This document shows positions 1 to 12,944 of a stretch of DNA of 64,000 nt, one piece after another. Origin of the DNA: the human T2T-CHM13v2.0 reference genome, Homo sapiens; NCBI RefSeq assembly GCF_009914755.1, contig NC_060925.1. One strand, given 5' to 3'. The number at the start of each line of letters is the position of its first letter. The first letter of the stretch is position 1. A program made the position numbers and the translations under genes. The notes under the pieces are model-generated. The model searched no databases. It was not told the origin of the DNA and saw only the letters and a program-made list of their open reading frames with translations.

Positions 1-1659
1 ATCTTGTCTATCATAGTTGATTCTTTTGCTGCTTCTTTATTGAAAGGACTTGAAATATTTATGCCTCCTAACTGAAATTCAAGGAAATCACCGTAAGATA
101 CGGGTAAGGCCGAAATCTTGCCTTTATAATCCAATTCTGCATACTTGACCATAAGAAAATGGTTTTAAAATGATTAAAGTAGTTAAGTATATGTAATGAA
201 TATTTCCTGATCTCAACATCTATAGAAATGTCACATACTTCTTAATAAAATTTTGAGACAGGAAATACTTTTCCAGGGTCAGGGTAGGGAACAAACAGAA
301 AAGACTTTTCAATTAATTGCGTGTATCTTCCGATAATCAATTACTGAATAGTTTGGTTCTCCAATAAGCTTCGTTATAACCTGCTAATTAGACAATAAAA
401 CAGCAATAGGCTTTAGTATAGCATTTTACATTGCGCAAAGTAAAATGACAAAATGACACAATTGCACATTAAAAAACAACTTTAAGTTAGACTTTGGTTT
501 CTTTCTACAATAAGAAACCTTCAACTTCTGCACAACTTGTCATAGAATTTTTTTTTCTCCTTTTTCCGCTCATGGCCAAGTGGAAAACAAAAATCAAATA
601 ATATAGCATGCTGCCAATTTTGGTCTTTGTGAAAACCCTTTAGTGGTATCTTTCAAACAGTGGTTTCTCTTTACTTAAAATTTTAATTTTAATATATCTT
701 TTTTTACTGTTAAGATAGTCTGTAGCTTACCCATTTCCTGCTGCCACCACCGCCATCTCATAATACCCTCCTTTCCTTTTACTCTAACCCTCACCTCTCA
801 TCACCACAGCAAATATTCTTTAAGGTCAATATTCTACAGAATGTCAAACTACCAACCTATTGTTTTCTTGTGTAAGATCCTAAATTTATTAATATTCAAA
901 TTATTGGAGGATTTAGCCTTTCGTCCAGTGATGTTATTTAAGGCCTCCTGATTACCTCCACTAGTGGTGAATGTAGGAATATGTTGACAGAACTTAAATA
1001 TGAATGATATTAAACTGTTTAATAGCCTAGTGGATTGAGGTACATATTAGTAAATATAAATTAATTTAGAGAAAATAAAGATGTAAAACCTGATATCAAC
1101 CTTACACAATGTAAGAAACTTTTCTATTCACACAACTAGAAAGTTTTCTTCACACCCAGATTTCTGTGACTCCAAATTCAGATTCCATATCACCCCCTTC
1201 ACTGCTTGTAGCTAAGCTGCATTTCTTCTTCAAATTTCTCTCATGTGGCAGAAAGCAAACTCATACCTGAATTCCTGAGAAAAAAAAATGACCTATGTAA
1301 ATATAATTACTAAATAATAATTGGTGGGGGAATTCTGATATTTTGATGATGACATTTCATGGAATGATACAAAACATAAATTATTGATATTCATTTCCAA
1401 ACTTGAGCCAAATAAAGGCCAACTGAGAATCAACTATATTTTTTTAATTATCATTATGAGTACATACATATCTTTGACTATTAGGTCCACATTCTTTGTG
1501 TGGTACCAATATTTTCCTATCATTTTTATACCTATACATTAGAAAAATCTCTTGATTGTTATGTTTGTACAAAAAACATATTTCTAAAATTATATTTATT
1601 TCAAAATGTATGTTATGTTTTAAGTCATAAAAAATAATTTGGGCTCCATCAACAGTGCA

Positions 1660-1669
1660 TATATATATA

Positions 1670-1738
<69 letters not shown>
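1660..1738. repeat. Compound (TA)n(TG)n(TA)n microsatellite
   Basis: Dinucleotide runs are directly visible. Confidence 0.95.
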
Positions 1739-1861
1739 TATTGTTACTTCCAGTGGTGAAAAATATGCAGCTTAGCTGATTGGAAAGCTTCTCTTACTGA
1801 CCCCATTTCACATACAAAACTCACCAAGATACCAAAGATACTATTATACGTCTGTATATAA

Positions 1862-2148
1862 TTTTTATTTATTTATTTAAATTTTAGGTTCAGGGATAGA
1901 TGAACAGATTTGTTATATAGGTAAACTCATGTCATGGAGATTTGTTGTACAGATTATTTTGTCACCCAGGTATTAATCCTAGTACCCAATAGTTATTTTC
2001 TGATCCTCTCCCTCCTCCCATCCTCTATCTTCAAGTAGGCCCAGTGTCTGTTGTTCCCCTCTGTGTCCATGTGTTCTCATCATTTAGCTCCCACTTATAA
2101 GTGAAAACATAAAATCTTTGGTTTTCTGTTCCTGCATTAGTTTGCTAG
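1862..2148 (-). mobile_element. L1 3' end fragment (older L1PA/L1PB-type)
   Basis: T-rich tail followed by L1 3'UTR antisense motifs (gtacccaatagttatttt, catttagctcccacttataagtga, ttagtttgcta). Confidence 0.85.
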
Positions 2149-2261
2149 TAATATCAGTTTAGAGAATAAATGTGTACTCTCTCTGAGTATTGACCTTGGA
2201 ACCAATTTTGAAAAGATAATATTATAATGTATAGCCTTAGACATTAGAAAATATCTGTACA

Positions 2262-2488
2262 ATGTTGCTGTGCTGAGCCATGATACAGCCTGAAACAAAA
2301 GTAAAATTTAGTCATTCTCATCCTGTTTTTACATAAGATGTGAAATTTTATTCATCATTGATTTTTGCACTAATTTTAATTTTTTAAATATCACATTTAA
2401 ACATTATCTATCTTGATTACTGAGGGGCTTAATGTGCACATTTATATCTGAGAGCACCTCACTCCCTTTACCCTAGTATAGGCCTTGC
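2262..2488. mobile_element. hAT-family non-autonomous DNA transposon (MER96B-like; subfamily uncertain)
   Basis: Resembles a remembered hAT MITE consensus (tgctgagccat...cttgattactgag...cctcactc...ccctagt). Confidence 0.5.
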
Positions 2489-3249
2489 TATATACCTACG
2501 CTGTTTGATTTCTAGACTATTAATCACAATGCCTAGAGATACCATGTGAGGAGATAAATATTTCTTTGGCTATGAAAGTCTATAAAACAATAAGAGTATA
2601 CAAAATCTGAGTCTAGTGTAATAAATTACACGTAATTTATGTCATTTATTTTTTGACTAGAGATTTACCGCAGAACAAAATACCTCAGAACAAAACACAC
2701 ACACACACACTCATACACAAACATGAAGAAATATACAAACGTATTAAATTATTTGTAGAGTTAGTAGTGAGATAGAAAAGAATTTTGGAATGTTTTGACA
2801 TAATTTTAAGCTTCTATGTTTTTACTCATTTAGGATTTAGAAGTTCTCTCAACAATAGTTTACTGAACTACTGATTGCAACATATCTGAATATTCATTAC
2901 CTTTATTTTAATAATTCATATAGAGTCCAATTAGCATCTGTATTTTGGGATTTTTCAGTTAAATGGCAGCTGTATGTTATACCACATGGAATTTTTGGTC
3001 TTTGATTTGCTTTTTTGCACTCCTATTACTTTTTGTTTTATGATAATAAAGATACCTCATCAAACAGCTAGTTTGTAGGGTGGGATTTGGGAATTAATAT
3101 CATTCAGTCACACCTTCAGTAGTCATCAGTAAACAAAGAGTGAGATTCTGAAATTGAGCATATTAAAGGTCATACCAGAAAAAAAATGCCAGAATTTTCA
3201 TGTATAACTATATTCTAAGTATATATAACAGCAAACAATAATACTATAC

Positions 3250-3380
3250 ATTTTATAGCACTCTATAATTCACAAACCACACTTACTATTTTCATTAGTA
3301 TCATATAACAACTTCAGAAGCTAAGTAGTGTGAGTATATTATTGCTATTTTAATTATGAGGAAACAGGCATGAAGCCTCC
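3250..3380 (-). mobile_element. MIR fragment
   Basis: Degenerate MIR core, e.g. attttaattatgaggaaacaggc. Confidence 0.5.
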
Positions 3381-4778
3381 CAAATGCCATATGAGAGACA
3401 CATTGTATTGTTTTCTGTGTATAATGTCACTCAATATTTTGGTCAAATGCATGCAACAAATTTACAGATTAAATAAATTCAGTAATTTCAATCTTTTTAA
3501 TCCAGCCCAAAGAGCCTACCCCTTGGTAAACAGCAAAGAAACATAGTCGAAATTAGAGGATTGAGGTACTAAAACACAACCACCCAATATCCCTTTCTTG
3601 TATATGTATTTAATTTATCTGTTCTAAAACTACTATGATGTAGTCCTTATGATGAATTAACAATAAAGGCAGAATTATAGAACCCAAATGGCTAAATAGA
3701 AATATTTTATGGAAGGAGAAAAGAAAATACCCAGTCTTCTACTATTAACATTAATGCAAGTTGGCTCAATTGGTTACCTCATTTTATCTTGAAATATTGA
3801 GAAAGGGATCTTGAAGAATTGATATAGACAGATCAGAGACTATCAACGGCACAGAGGTGAGAGAACAGAGGCCAGAGAATAGGGGCAACCTTTCTAAGCC
3901 TCTTCAACATGAATCCCATACTAAATATCTGGTCCAAGAAAGGGCAAGTGACAAAATAAAGGCATTATCAGCTAATTTCACAACCTTGTCAAGGACTGAT
4001 GTTGTTCTCATAACCTGGAAAAGTAAACCATCTAAGATATTTTCTAGAAATATCTTCTCATGTTATTTTTGTTCTTTCTAAAGTTTTTCTATATCTACAA
4101 ATGTCTTTATATTTCTTTTGTATCCCCACGAAGATACATTTTCAATTTTCAATTTTTCATACCTCATAGTCTGTACTATATTCATTCTTATATTGGAGAA
4201 TCATGTTCTTATATAAATTACTTTTCTAAGCAATAAATGTTTAAAATGTCAGACTCATCTGTGACTCCCTCTTTTCCTTGCCCACAAGTAATATGCTAAC
4301 TTTTCTGCATTACATTTCTGTATCTACTAATTGCCTTATTCCTAAACCCACTATTCTAATTCAGATTTCCCCATAGGCTACTTTGATAGGCATCTTCACT
4401 TGCTTTCTGCCATGTCTATATCATATCTGATCCATTTTGTATACAGCTACCATATTTTTATGAAATACAGCTATCCTCAAGTCATATCTCTGTTCCAAAA
4501 CCTTGATCAATTTTCCATTGCTCAAGGAAAAATGTACAATTGCAGGCTTACATATAAGGAGCAACTGGACAACCTAACTTTCAGAATTTCTCCAGAGTTG
4601 TAAAATTCCATATATTTGCTCATAGGATTCACTGTTCGTATTCTTGTGACCTTCCTCTCTTAGCCAATTTACTACTGTGTTTTAAGACCCAACTCAAATT
4701 CTTCCTCTGAACTCTCACAGTGACTTGATTATGAAATATACCACTTTCAGCCTTCTTTTTGCAGTTAAGTTTTGTGGA

Positions 4779-5116
4779 GTGTGTGTGTGTGTGTGTGTGT
4801 TGTTGTTGTTGTTGCTGTTGTTTGTTTTGTTTTGAGACAGGGTCTCACTATGACACCTAGGCTGAAGTGCGGTGGGATGATTAGAGCTCATTGCAACCTG
4901 AAACTCCTGGGCTGAAGTGATCCTCTCTCTGCAGCCTCCCAAATAACTAGGACTACAGGGGCATGCCACTGTACCTGGCTTTATTTTAAATTGTTTGTAG
5001 AGACAAGGTCTCACTATATTGCCCATCCTGATCTTGAACTCCTGGCCTCAAGCAATCCTCCCAGCTCAGCCTCCCAAAGTTGCTGGTACTACAGATGAGA
5101 GCCACTATGCCCAGCC
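4779..5116 (-). mobile_element. AluJ-type element with tail decayed into (TG)n/(TTG)n
   Basis: gagacagggtctcac...ctcctggcctcaagcaatcctccc...cccagcc. Confidence 0.92.
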
Positions 5117-6495
5117 TAATGTAGTTCTTTTACACTTCTTAACCTCCACAGAATTAGAAAACAACTGAGGATAGTAATTTTGCAGATTCAATTTTAAATC
5201 CTCCACAGTGCCCAAAATGGACCATGTTCTACATAGATAGCAAATAAAGCATGGTTAAACTTTCCTAAATAATCATCCATTACATCATAATTGAATTAAT
5301 ACAATCAAAGCGATTTCCTTGCAAATCTTCATTACAGCAAATAACATATGTATTTTTTTGCATTCAGTCTTTTGTTAATTCTACATATTTGAAGATAGAG
5401 TACTGAACAATGAAGATGTTGGCTTCACGGGGGACACAGTCTAGAAGAAAAATGGAAGGAAGAAAGAAGGAAAGTAATCCCAATAAGTTATCATTTATAT
5501 TTTGATTGTGGCAGAAATAAAATCATATTATGTTAGGAATAAAAGCATCCATCTACCCAGACTGTGCTCACAAATACAACATAACATCTAATTTATGATA
5601 TGATTTAAATATAAATATACATAATAGCTTTTTTAAATAGAACTAATTGTCATAATATTCTAACATAATAAATAAACAGTTACTCTAGCTAAATCTTTGG
5701 CACATGTGAGATTAACATAATTCCAGACTTTGGGAGAACAGGAAAACAGGAAAAGACATGAAAAATGGTCAGGAAGGCTTATATAGACTGAATGATAATG
5801 AAAAGTTGGTAATTAAAACCATGGCAGAAAAAATTGTTGCAGTTTGAAGGCACAGCATCTGAAAAATCTGAAGGGAGAAAGCAAGATAGTGTATTTTTGA
5901 AACTAAAATACTTTCATAGGACCACACCTTAGGGTACAAAAAAGAGAACTGCAGGATGTGATGTTATACTAGGGCACAGAATTGAAATAAATTAGTGTTC
6001 AAATGTGTGAAAATAAACTGTGATAAAGGATGTCAGTTTCCACACATGGGCTTTAGTTTTTGATACTGTTGCACATCTTCCAATGTTTAATTTGAAAATA
6101 TTAATGTTTCTTCTTTCCAGACAAAAGTTAAAATTATTTCAAGCCCCTTCCCTCCTCAGACTAACATTATTACATCTTTCAAAATTTTATATGTAAAAAT
6201 ATTATGTCATTTTTTACTTGTTTGCATTTTGTTAATTGATCTCATTTTCATTATTCTTTCATACTCTAGATTAAAGAACCCCTATGGAACAGCAGCAAAA
6301 TTAAAAATTTGGGGTATGTAGATCTTCTTAAAACATTAGAGCGGTTTAGTTTATTTGTTTAAATACCTTCTTCCAAAATGGAATTAAGTGATCCCATAAG
6401 ACATATTTCAGTAGTGTGCCCTCTGTTGTCTTTCAGTGAGTGGTTATTAACTACTTTTAGAGGGAGATGAAAAGAATAAACATAAATGTGAAGAT

Positions 6496-6592
6496 GCAGC
6501 ACACCAACATGGCACATGTATACATATGTAACAAACCTGCTCATTGTGCACATGTAGCCTAGAACTTAAAGTATAATTTTAAAAAAAGAAAA
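6496..6592 (+). mobile_element. Short 5'-truncated L1PA 3' end with A tail
   Basis: gcagcacaccaacatggcacatgtatacatatgtaacaaacctg...agaacttaaagtataat matches the L1PA terminus. Confidence 0.9.
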
Positions 6593-6658
6593 TTATCAAG
6601 AATATGGGTACCTGTGGCACTTACACGTTATCTAGAAGAGTTTCCAATGGAATTTTGA

Positions 6659-7062
6659 TGTATTAATCAGTTATTAGGCTAAGCTACACTTACAAAGATA
6701 TTCCAAAATTTAATGGCTCAGCCAACTCAGAAGTTCACTTACTCTCACATACCAGTCCAGTATTTTGCTTTGCCATGTCATCACGGAATCCAGTTAGCCT
6801 TTCGCTTGTTCCTCATCCTTGTCCCATCCACAGTACAGACAATAAGAAGAGAGAAACTGGAGGGCAAGCAATTTTCTCATAAAATTACAATCTAGAATTA
6901 ATGACCATCACTTCAATTTGTTATTCTTGGCAAAATCCTGGTCACATGATTGCACCTAGTTGCAAGAATAGCTGGGAAATCTGCTTAGCTAAAACTCAGG
7001 GATTCCATTAGCAAAGGAAAGAATGGGATAGTGGTTGCCGTAATTTGCAGATTCTGCTACAC
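6659..7062 (-). mobile_element. Old MaLR LTR (MLT1-type)
   Basis: tgtattaatcag...ccaaaatttaatggct...gtcacatg...gctgggaaat resemble MLT1J/K/L. Confidence 0.5.
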
Positions 7063-9156
7063 AAATTGACATCTCAAAAACAAACTGATCTATAGGAATA
7101 CAGAGCAAAGCTCTTTAGATGGTAAAAATAAATGCATTGGGAATTTGACAGAAAAACTATCCAATTAATAGTAATATAATGATGGACTCCAAGGCTATTG
7201 ATTTTTACTAGGTAAAAAGAAATAGAACTCACTGTGACATACTCTCTGAATATATTAGTGCAGTGTGGTCTTCTGGCTAAAAAAAATTATAATACCATGA
7301 GCAAGGAGAAATAGAATTTTACCCTCAAAATAAAACATCTTAAACTAAATAATTAAAGTGCAAGAAAAAGAGATGCACCTTAAAATCTAAAAAGGGATAA
7401 AAATTGAAAAGATAAAAGAAGTGCTTTACATGAAGGAGAGAAAATTGATGGTAAATTTTATTTCCAAACTGAGAAAAAAATAGTTTCTATTATAATCTCT
7501 ACACAATAATGGATAATATGATTGTAACAGACTGTATTAGAGGAACATTAAGATATTTGGGAGAAATTAGTCAGCTTTTTGAGGATGCTATGGCTGACTT
7601 AGAAAGAATACTAACTTTCAAAATTATTTCATTTGTACCAGAGTCAGAGATAAACATTGGGTTTAATGAACCAAGAATCTGTCTTTATTTTAATGAACCA
7701 AGACTTTATTTTTTAAAGCTACAGCTAAAGATTATAAGTGTGTAAATCACAGTGCCTTTGGGTAATCGCCTGTATCATTAATACTGTTACAATCAGGCAA
7801 AATGGATGTAAGCTAAATAATGTAATTGGAAAGTCAAATCTTTTTTTTAATTTTCTCTTTCTCTAATTTAATAATCTCTTAATGATCTATTAGAAAGATA
7901 CTACTTCTATAAGTGTTAAGCAATGATATTAACTCAACTGAATTGACATTATCTGGAAATCTCTAAGAATCTATCCTTTAGTGGAAATATATACATGATC
8001 ACACATTTTATTTGAAATACTGAAGTTCTCCAGTGAAGTTCAAGGACAAAAGTTTTGTACCTCGAAGTCATATTTTTGTTGTTGCTGTCATTAATATATA
8101 TTCAACCTCTTTAAAACAAAATATAAAGTCACCATTCTTTAGAAATAATTATAATACATGTGGCTCACAGTCCATTAGTATTATGCTCTGACTCATTTTC
8201 CTGGGATCTCAGAATTACTTCTGAGAAATTCCTGAATATCATTCCTTGTGAACAGTGGCATGCATTTCCAGATAGCTATGAGATACTGAGTCAAAAATCC
8301 AGAAGTATGGGACAGTTTTCTGTGACAAAATTAAGAATCCTATATTATTGTTCTTATGTCTCCCATGATCCTGCATTATTATCTTTGACCTCTTTATTGT
8401 CCTCTTTTAATAAACAGACTATAATTTATTTAAAATAGTAAGGTTAGATAAGGCAGGGAACTAGCAATTTTGAACAATGTGCAGATACAGAGGCTTTGAA
8501 CGCAATTTTAGGAGCTTCACATATGTCACCAAATCTTGACAAATTAGACAAATTATTTTTCCTATTTAACAATTGAGGGAACAAAAATTCAGCTTGCCCA
8601 AGTTTTCACTGGAATTAAATGATAAAGCTGTATTTCGTATATGTTTTTGCAAGTGAGAGAAAAGTATGAAAGGTAACTATATATATTCAAGCTTAATTTT
8701 TGAATTCACTTGCATTCTTGCTAGATTTCTTATGGTCTGCCCCTTTAGACTGCGAGTTCTTCATGAGCAGAGTAGAGTGGTTTTGTGTGGGATTTATATT
8801 GCTTTTTCATGTGTTTTGTTTTTTTTTTAGCAGTGATAATTAGAACACTCTATAGAAAGAAAGCATTTGTTTATTTTGAATTGCTGATATTCACATTTGT
8901 TGGAATGTATAGCATTACTTTGGAACTATAAAGAAGGTTCCAAATCTTTCTTCCTAACTCAGCCATTTCAGTGGATAAACTGAGATCCAAAAATAATTGT
9001 CGTCTTCAACATCATTCAGCTATAAATAGCAGAATGAAATTTTGAACTTATGTATTTTAATACCAATTCTAGTGAAATTCTCACCCCCCGAAGGTGGTGG
9101 GAATTTCCTATAGAAGGTAGCCTATGATAAAAAAGCAGTACTTTAAAAAATACTGC

Positions 9157-9715
9157 TTTTGTTTTACAATCAGGGAGTATATGTGCAGGTTTGTTACGTG
9201 GGTATATTAAGTGATGCTGAAGTTTGGAGTATGATTGATCCCGTCACCCTGGTAGTGATCATAGACCCCAATAGGTAGTTTTCAACTTTTATTCTCCTCT
9301 CTTCGTCCCCCTACTAGAAGTCTGTGGTGCCTATTGTTCCCATCTTTATGCCCATGTGTACCCAATGTTTAGTTATCACCTGTAATTGAGAACATGCAGT
9401 GTTTTGTGTGTCTACATTAATTTGCTTGGTATAATGGCTTTCTGCTACATCCATGTTGCTGCAAAGGACGTGGTTTTGTTCTTTATTTGCCTGTGTAATA
9501 TTCCATGGTGTGTATGTACCATATTTTCTTCATCCAGTTCACTATTTATGGTTATGTAGGTTGATTCCATGTCTTTGCTATTGTGAATGGTACTGCAATG
9601 AACATAAGAGGGCGTGTGTCTTTTTGGTAGAAGAACTTATTTTCCTTTGGGTATATGCCCAGTAATGGGATTGCTGGGTCCAAGAGTAGTTGTTTTACGT
9701 TCTTTGAGAAATCTT
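9157..9715 (-). mobile_element. L1 3' fragment (L1PB/L1PA15-16-type)
   Basis: atgtgcaggtttgttac...catccatgttgctgcaaaggac...gtaatgggattgctgggtc...ttctttgagaaatct. Confidence 0.88.
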
Positions 9716-9803
9716 CAGTTTTCAAAACTGAAGAGTAATACTTTTAACCTACTTATTATTTTATAACTTCTGCCTTCACTAGCTTTAAGAGTATTTTTTC
9801 TCA

Positions 9804-10052
9804 TTGGGAGGCCAAGGTGGTATGATCACTTCAGGCCAAAAATTCAAGACCAGCCTGGGCAACATAGTGAGACTCTGTCTCTATAAAAAAAAAATTAAAA
9901 TTATCCAAGCACGGTGGCATGAACCTGTAGTCCTAGCTACTCAGGAGATGAGGTGGGAGGATTGCTTGAGCCTAAGAGTCCGAGGTTGCAGTGAGCTATG
10001 TTTTTACCACTGCACTCCAGCCTAGGTGACAAAGAGAGATCCTGTCTCTAAA
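9804..10052 (+). mobile_element. 5'-truncated AluJ-type element
   Basis: ttgggaggccaagg...ttcaagaccagcctgggcaacatagtgagac...cactgcactccagcc. Confidence 0.9.
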
Positions 10053-10468
10053 TTTTATTTTTTTGAAAGAGTGATGTTTAAATTTGGTCTTTCAATTGCC
10101 TTTGCCTATGAGAAACTCATCAACTCAAATTTCAGAGAGCTCCAGAAATATTTTCTAAGACAGGTTCTTGACCTTTAAATTATCTTCACTTTCCTTCTGT
10201 CAAAATTCAAGTTTATCAATTTTCAGGAGGTTGCCCCTGGCTAAATATAAGGGAAATATTTCTGCTTTAAACAGTTATTTTTTTCCTTTATGTTGTAAGA
10301 AACCTCAAGAGAAACATCACACAAACCCAGAGAAAAAGAAAATAAAATTTTCAAGTAAAATATTAGTTTTCCTAACAATTTTTACTTCTATTTCTATATA
10401 AATATTCACAAATGTGTATAGTAGACAAGAAGCTTATGTATGTATAGTATACATACATGATATATATG

Positions 10469-10965
10469 CAGTTAATTCTTGAGTAAAATGAGTTTGAACT
10501 GCATGGATCCACTTATACTTAGATTTTTTTCAATAAAAGTTACACTGAATGTGCCTGCTTCTCCTACCTTCCTACCTTCTCTACCTGTTCCATCTCTGCC
10601 ACCCCTGAGACAGCAAAAGCAACCTGTTCTCTTTGTCCTCCTACTCAGCCTACTCAACATGACAACCATGAGGATGAAGACTTTTATGACTATTCACTTC
10701 CACTTAATATATATTTTCTCTTCTTAAAATATAATTTATCTTCCTTATGATTTTAATAACATTTTCTGTTATTTATTATAATAATACATTATATAGTACA
10801 TGCAACATAGAAAATGTGTGTTAATCAACTGTTTATGTTATCGGTAAGGCTTTCAGTCAACAGTAGGGTATTAGTTAAAGCTTTGGGGAGTCAGAGTTAT
10901 ATATGAATTTTTGACTAAGCAATTGATCAGCACTCCTAACACCTGCATTGTTCAAGTATCAAATG
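10469..10965 (+). mobile_element. Tigger2a/2b-like (TcMar-Tigger) DNA transposon
   Basis: Degenerate TIRs (cagttaattcttgag... / ...ttgttcaagtatcaaatg, then TA) and the internal motifs tttgaactgcatggatccacttat and gttatcggtaaggct. Confidence 0.8.
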
Positions 10966-12624
10966 TATATCTATTTATCTAGTTTGTATATGTAAAATGT
11001 ATGTATATTATACATATACAATTGCACATAAACTTTATGTGTACAATTTGTATATACACATATATGTATATGTACTATATATATAATCATGTTTCTTGCA
11101 CTTATGTCATTATACGTCATCATGAACAAAATCTAACACCATTATAATTGTATTTTCAGCTTTCAAGTGCAGAAATCTAAGAGAATGTATATAAGTTCAG
11201 TCCCTCAGATCCCAATCCCAATAACAACTTCAAGTCTGAAAAGATTTTTCAGTATTCACCTTTTCTCTTCTGTGTAGTCATCAACCCAGGATATTCCTCT
11301 AGATAATATAATGTTTCCAGACTATAATATTGAAAATTTTGAAAGGAGCACTTAAATTTTTCAGTATCTATAACACATAAATTCTACATATATTTAGCTA
11401 TGGTGTTATCAACAATGATGAGAAAGCCTTATCAGAAATATTCAAGCTCCTCCCAGGTGATCATAGCTGAGAAGAAACAGCCTGAAGCTCATTTCCTGAA
11501 GGTCTGCAGACTACAGGTGAAAGAAATGATTTACATTCATTCAAGTTTGAAAAACAAATGAAAAAGAGAAGATGTGATTTTTGGCTAAGCTTAAATTGTG
11601 TACTTATTTTCCTCCCATTATTTTAGCCACATAACTTAAACAAATGATATATTAAAAAAATAAAAAATGGGAGAAGATGAACTGAATGTAGTCCATGTAG
11701 CCGTGTGTGTCATTAAGTGAATGTCATATTAGAGCAAAATAAACAAGGAAAAAAGGACAATAAGAATCTCACTTTAAAGTGTTTTCCTCATAAGGAAGTT
11801 TCTATTATTATTTAATGCTATGTTGTGCACTTGTTACACAAAATATAAGCAATCAGTAAGTATTTGTGGTATTAAGTAATACTTTTTTACAATATATTGT
11901 TGACAAGACAGAGGGAGTGATATATTTTCGACTAGAGAAATATTACTTTCAGGGAATTTGGCTATTTCAGTTGTTTTTCATGATAGGATTCAGATATCTA
12001 CAAGAAACTGAATATAAAGAATTATCACCAGGAAGCATTTAAACACATAGGAAATATGATTCTTGATTTGATTTGTTTGGTTGTATATGTATATGGTACA
12101 GGGTACATGTAAATGTATATGGTACAAACACAGGCATTATATTGTTTTAATGACCCTTACATTTTTTGAAAAAGAGAAAAAAATAGAGTAAGATTCTCTC
12201 AGAATTAAGAGCTACTAAAAAGTTTGATCTGTATTCTAATATGCCTTATTATATCAGGTAAAAAACAAAATAAACTAAAAAGAAACAAACAAACCTGTAT
12301 TCCATTGTGTTTCTCTCATAATGTTCTTTCAAAAATTTTAGAGCTTAGTTTTGTGCTTTAAATGGCTGTGTTTAGTGCAGCATCTTGAACAGAATAATCT
12401 CACTTCTGCCTTCATCACCACAGTCCTGTTCTTTCACCCACATAATATGATATAGACACTGGTTAAAAATGTAAATGAGTGAATGAGGAAAGCCTTCTGC
12501 CTACCTTGCAAAGAGTCTCAAGGAATCTTTTACTTGGAATAGTCAAGTGTTTATGAAGTGATAGAAAATGTATTAGTGTTATTCTGTTAACAATTATGAA
12601 AAGAGTAATCAGTTCGATTTCCAA

Positions 12625-12885
12625 CTAAATATTTACTGAAGTGTAGCACATATACAGAAAGGTAGGCAAATTGCAATAATTTTATAAAGTACACATTCCT
12701 GTGTAAAACCATCCAGATCAAGGAAGAGAAAATTACCATCTTTCTAGAAGCCTCCCTCATGACCTCCTTCAGTCAATACCTCTCCTAAAGGTATTGCTGT
12801 TTCTGCCTCCATAGACTAGTTTTGACTTCTTTTGAACTTTATATAAATAAAATTAAATTATAATATTTACTTGTTTAGTTTCTTT
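12625..12885 (-). mobile_element. Old L1M (L1MC/ME-type) 3' fragment, left part
   Basis: accatccagatcaag...tagttttgac...tttgaactttatataaat; continues at 14565 after nested insertions. Confidence 0.65.
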
Positions 12886-12944
12886 TTGTATATGTATTTT
12901 GACACAGTGTGTTGCTGTCACTCAGGCTGCAGTGAAGTGGTGCC
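12880..12944 (-). mobile_element. Old Alu, 3' portion, split by MER11
   Basis: gctgtcactcaggctgcagtgaagtggtgcc; the sequence resumes at 14304. Confidence 0.8.

Noticed and set aside
7662-7710. Small local duplications (also near 33397-33436 and 42282-42338)
   Set aside because: Ordinary slippage duplications of 15-20 bp.
9131-9160. Short hairpins of 9-10 bp (also near 1112-1150, 31144-31178 and 32415-32440)
   Set aside because: Expected by chance in 64 kb of AT-rich DNA, with no evidence of function.
11575-11605. ttttggctaag, a second U2-like match
   Set aside because: Only about 11 nt are identical and the flanks do not align, so it is compatible with chance.
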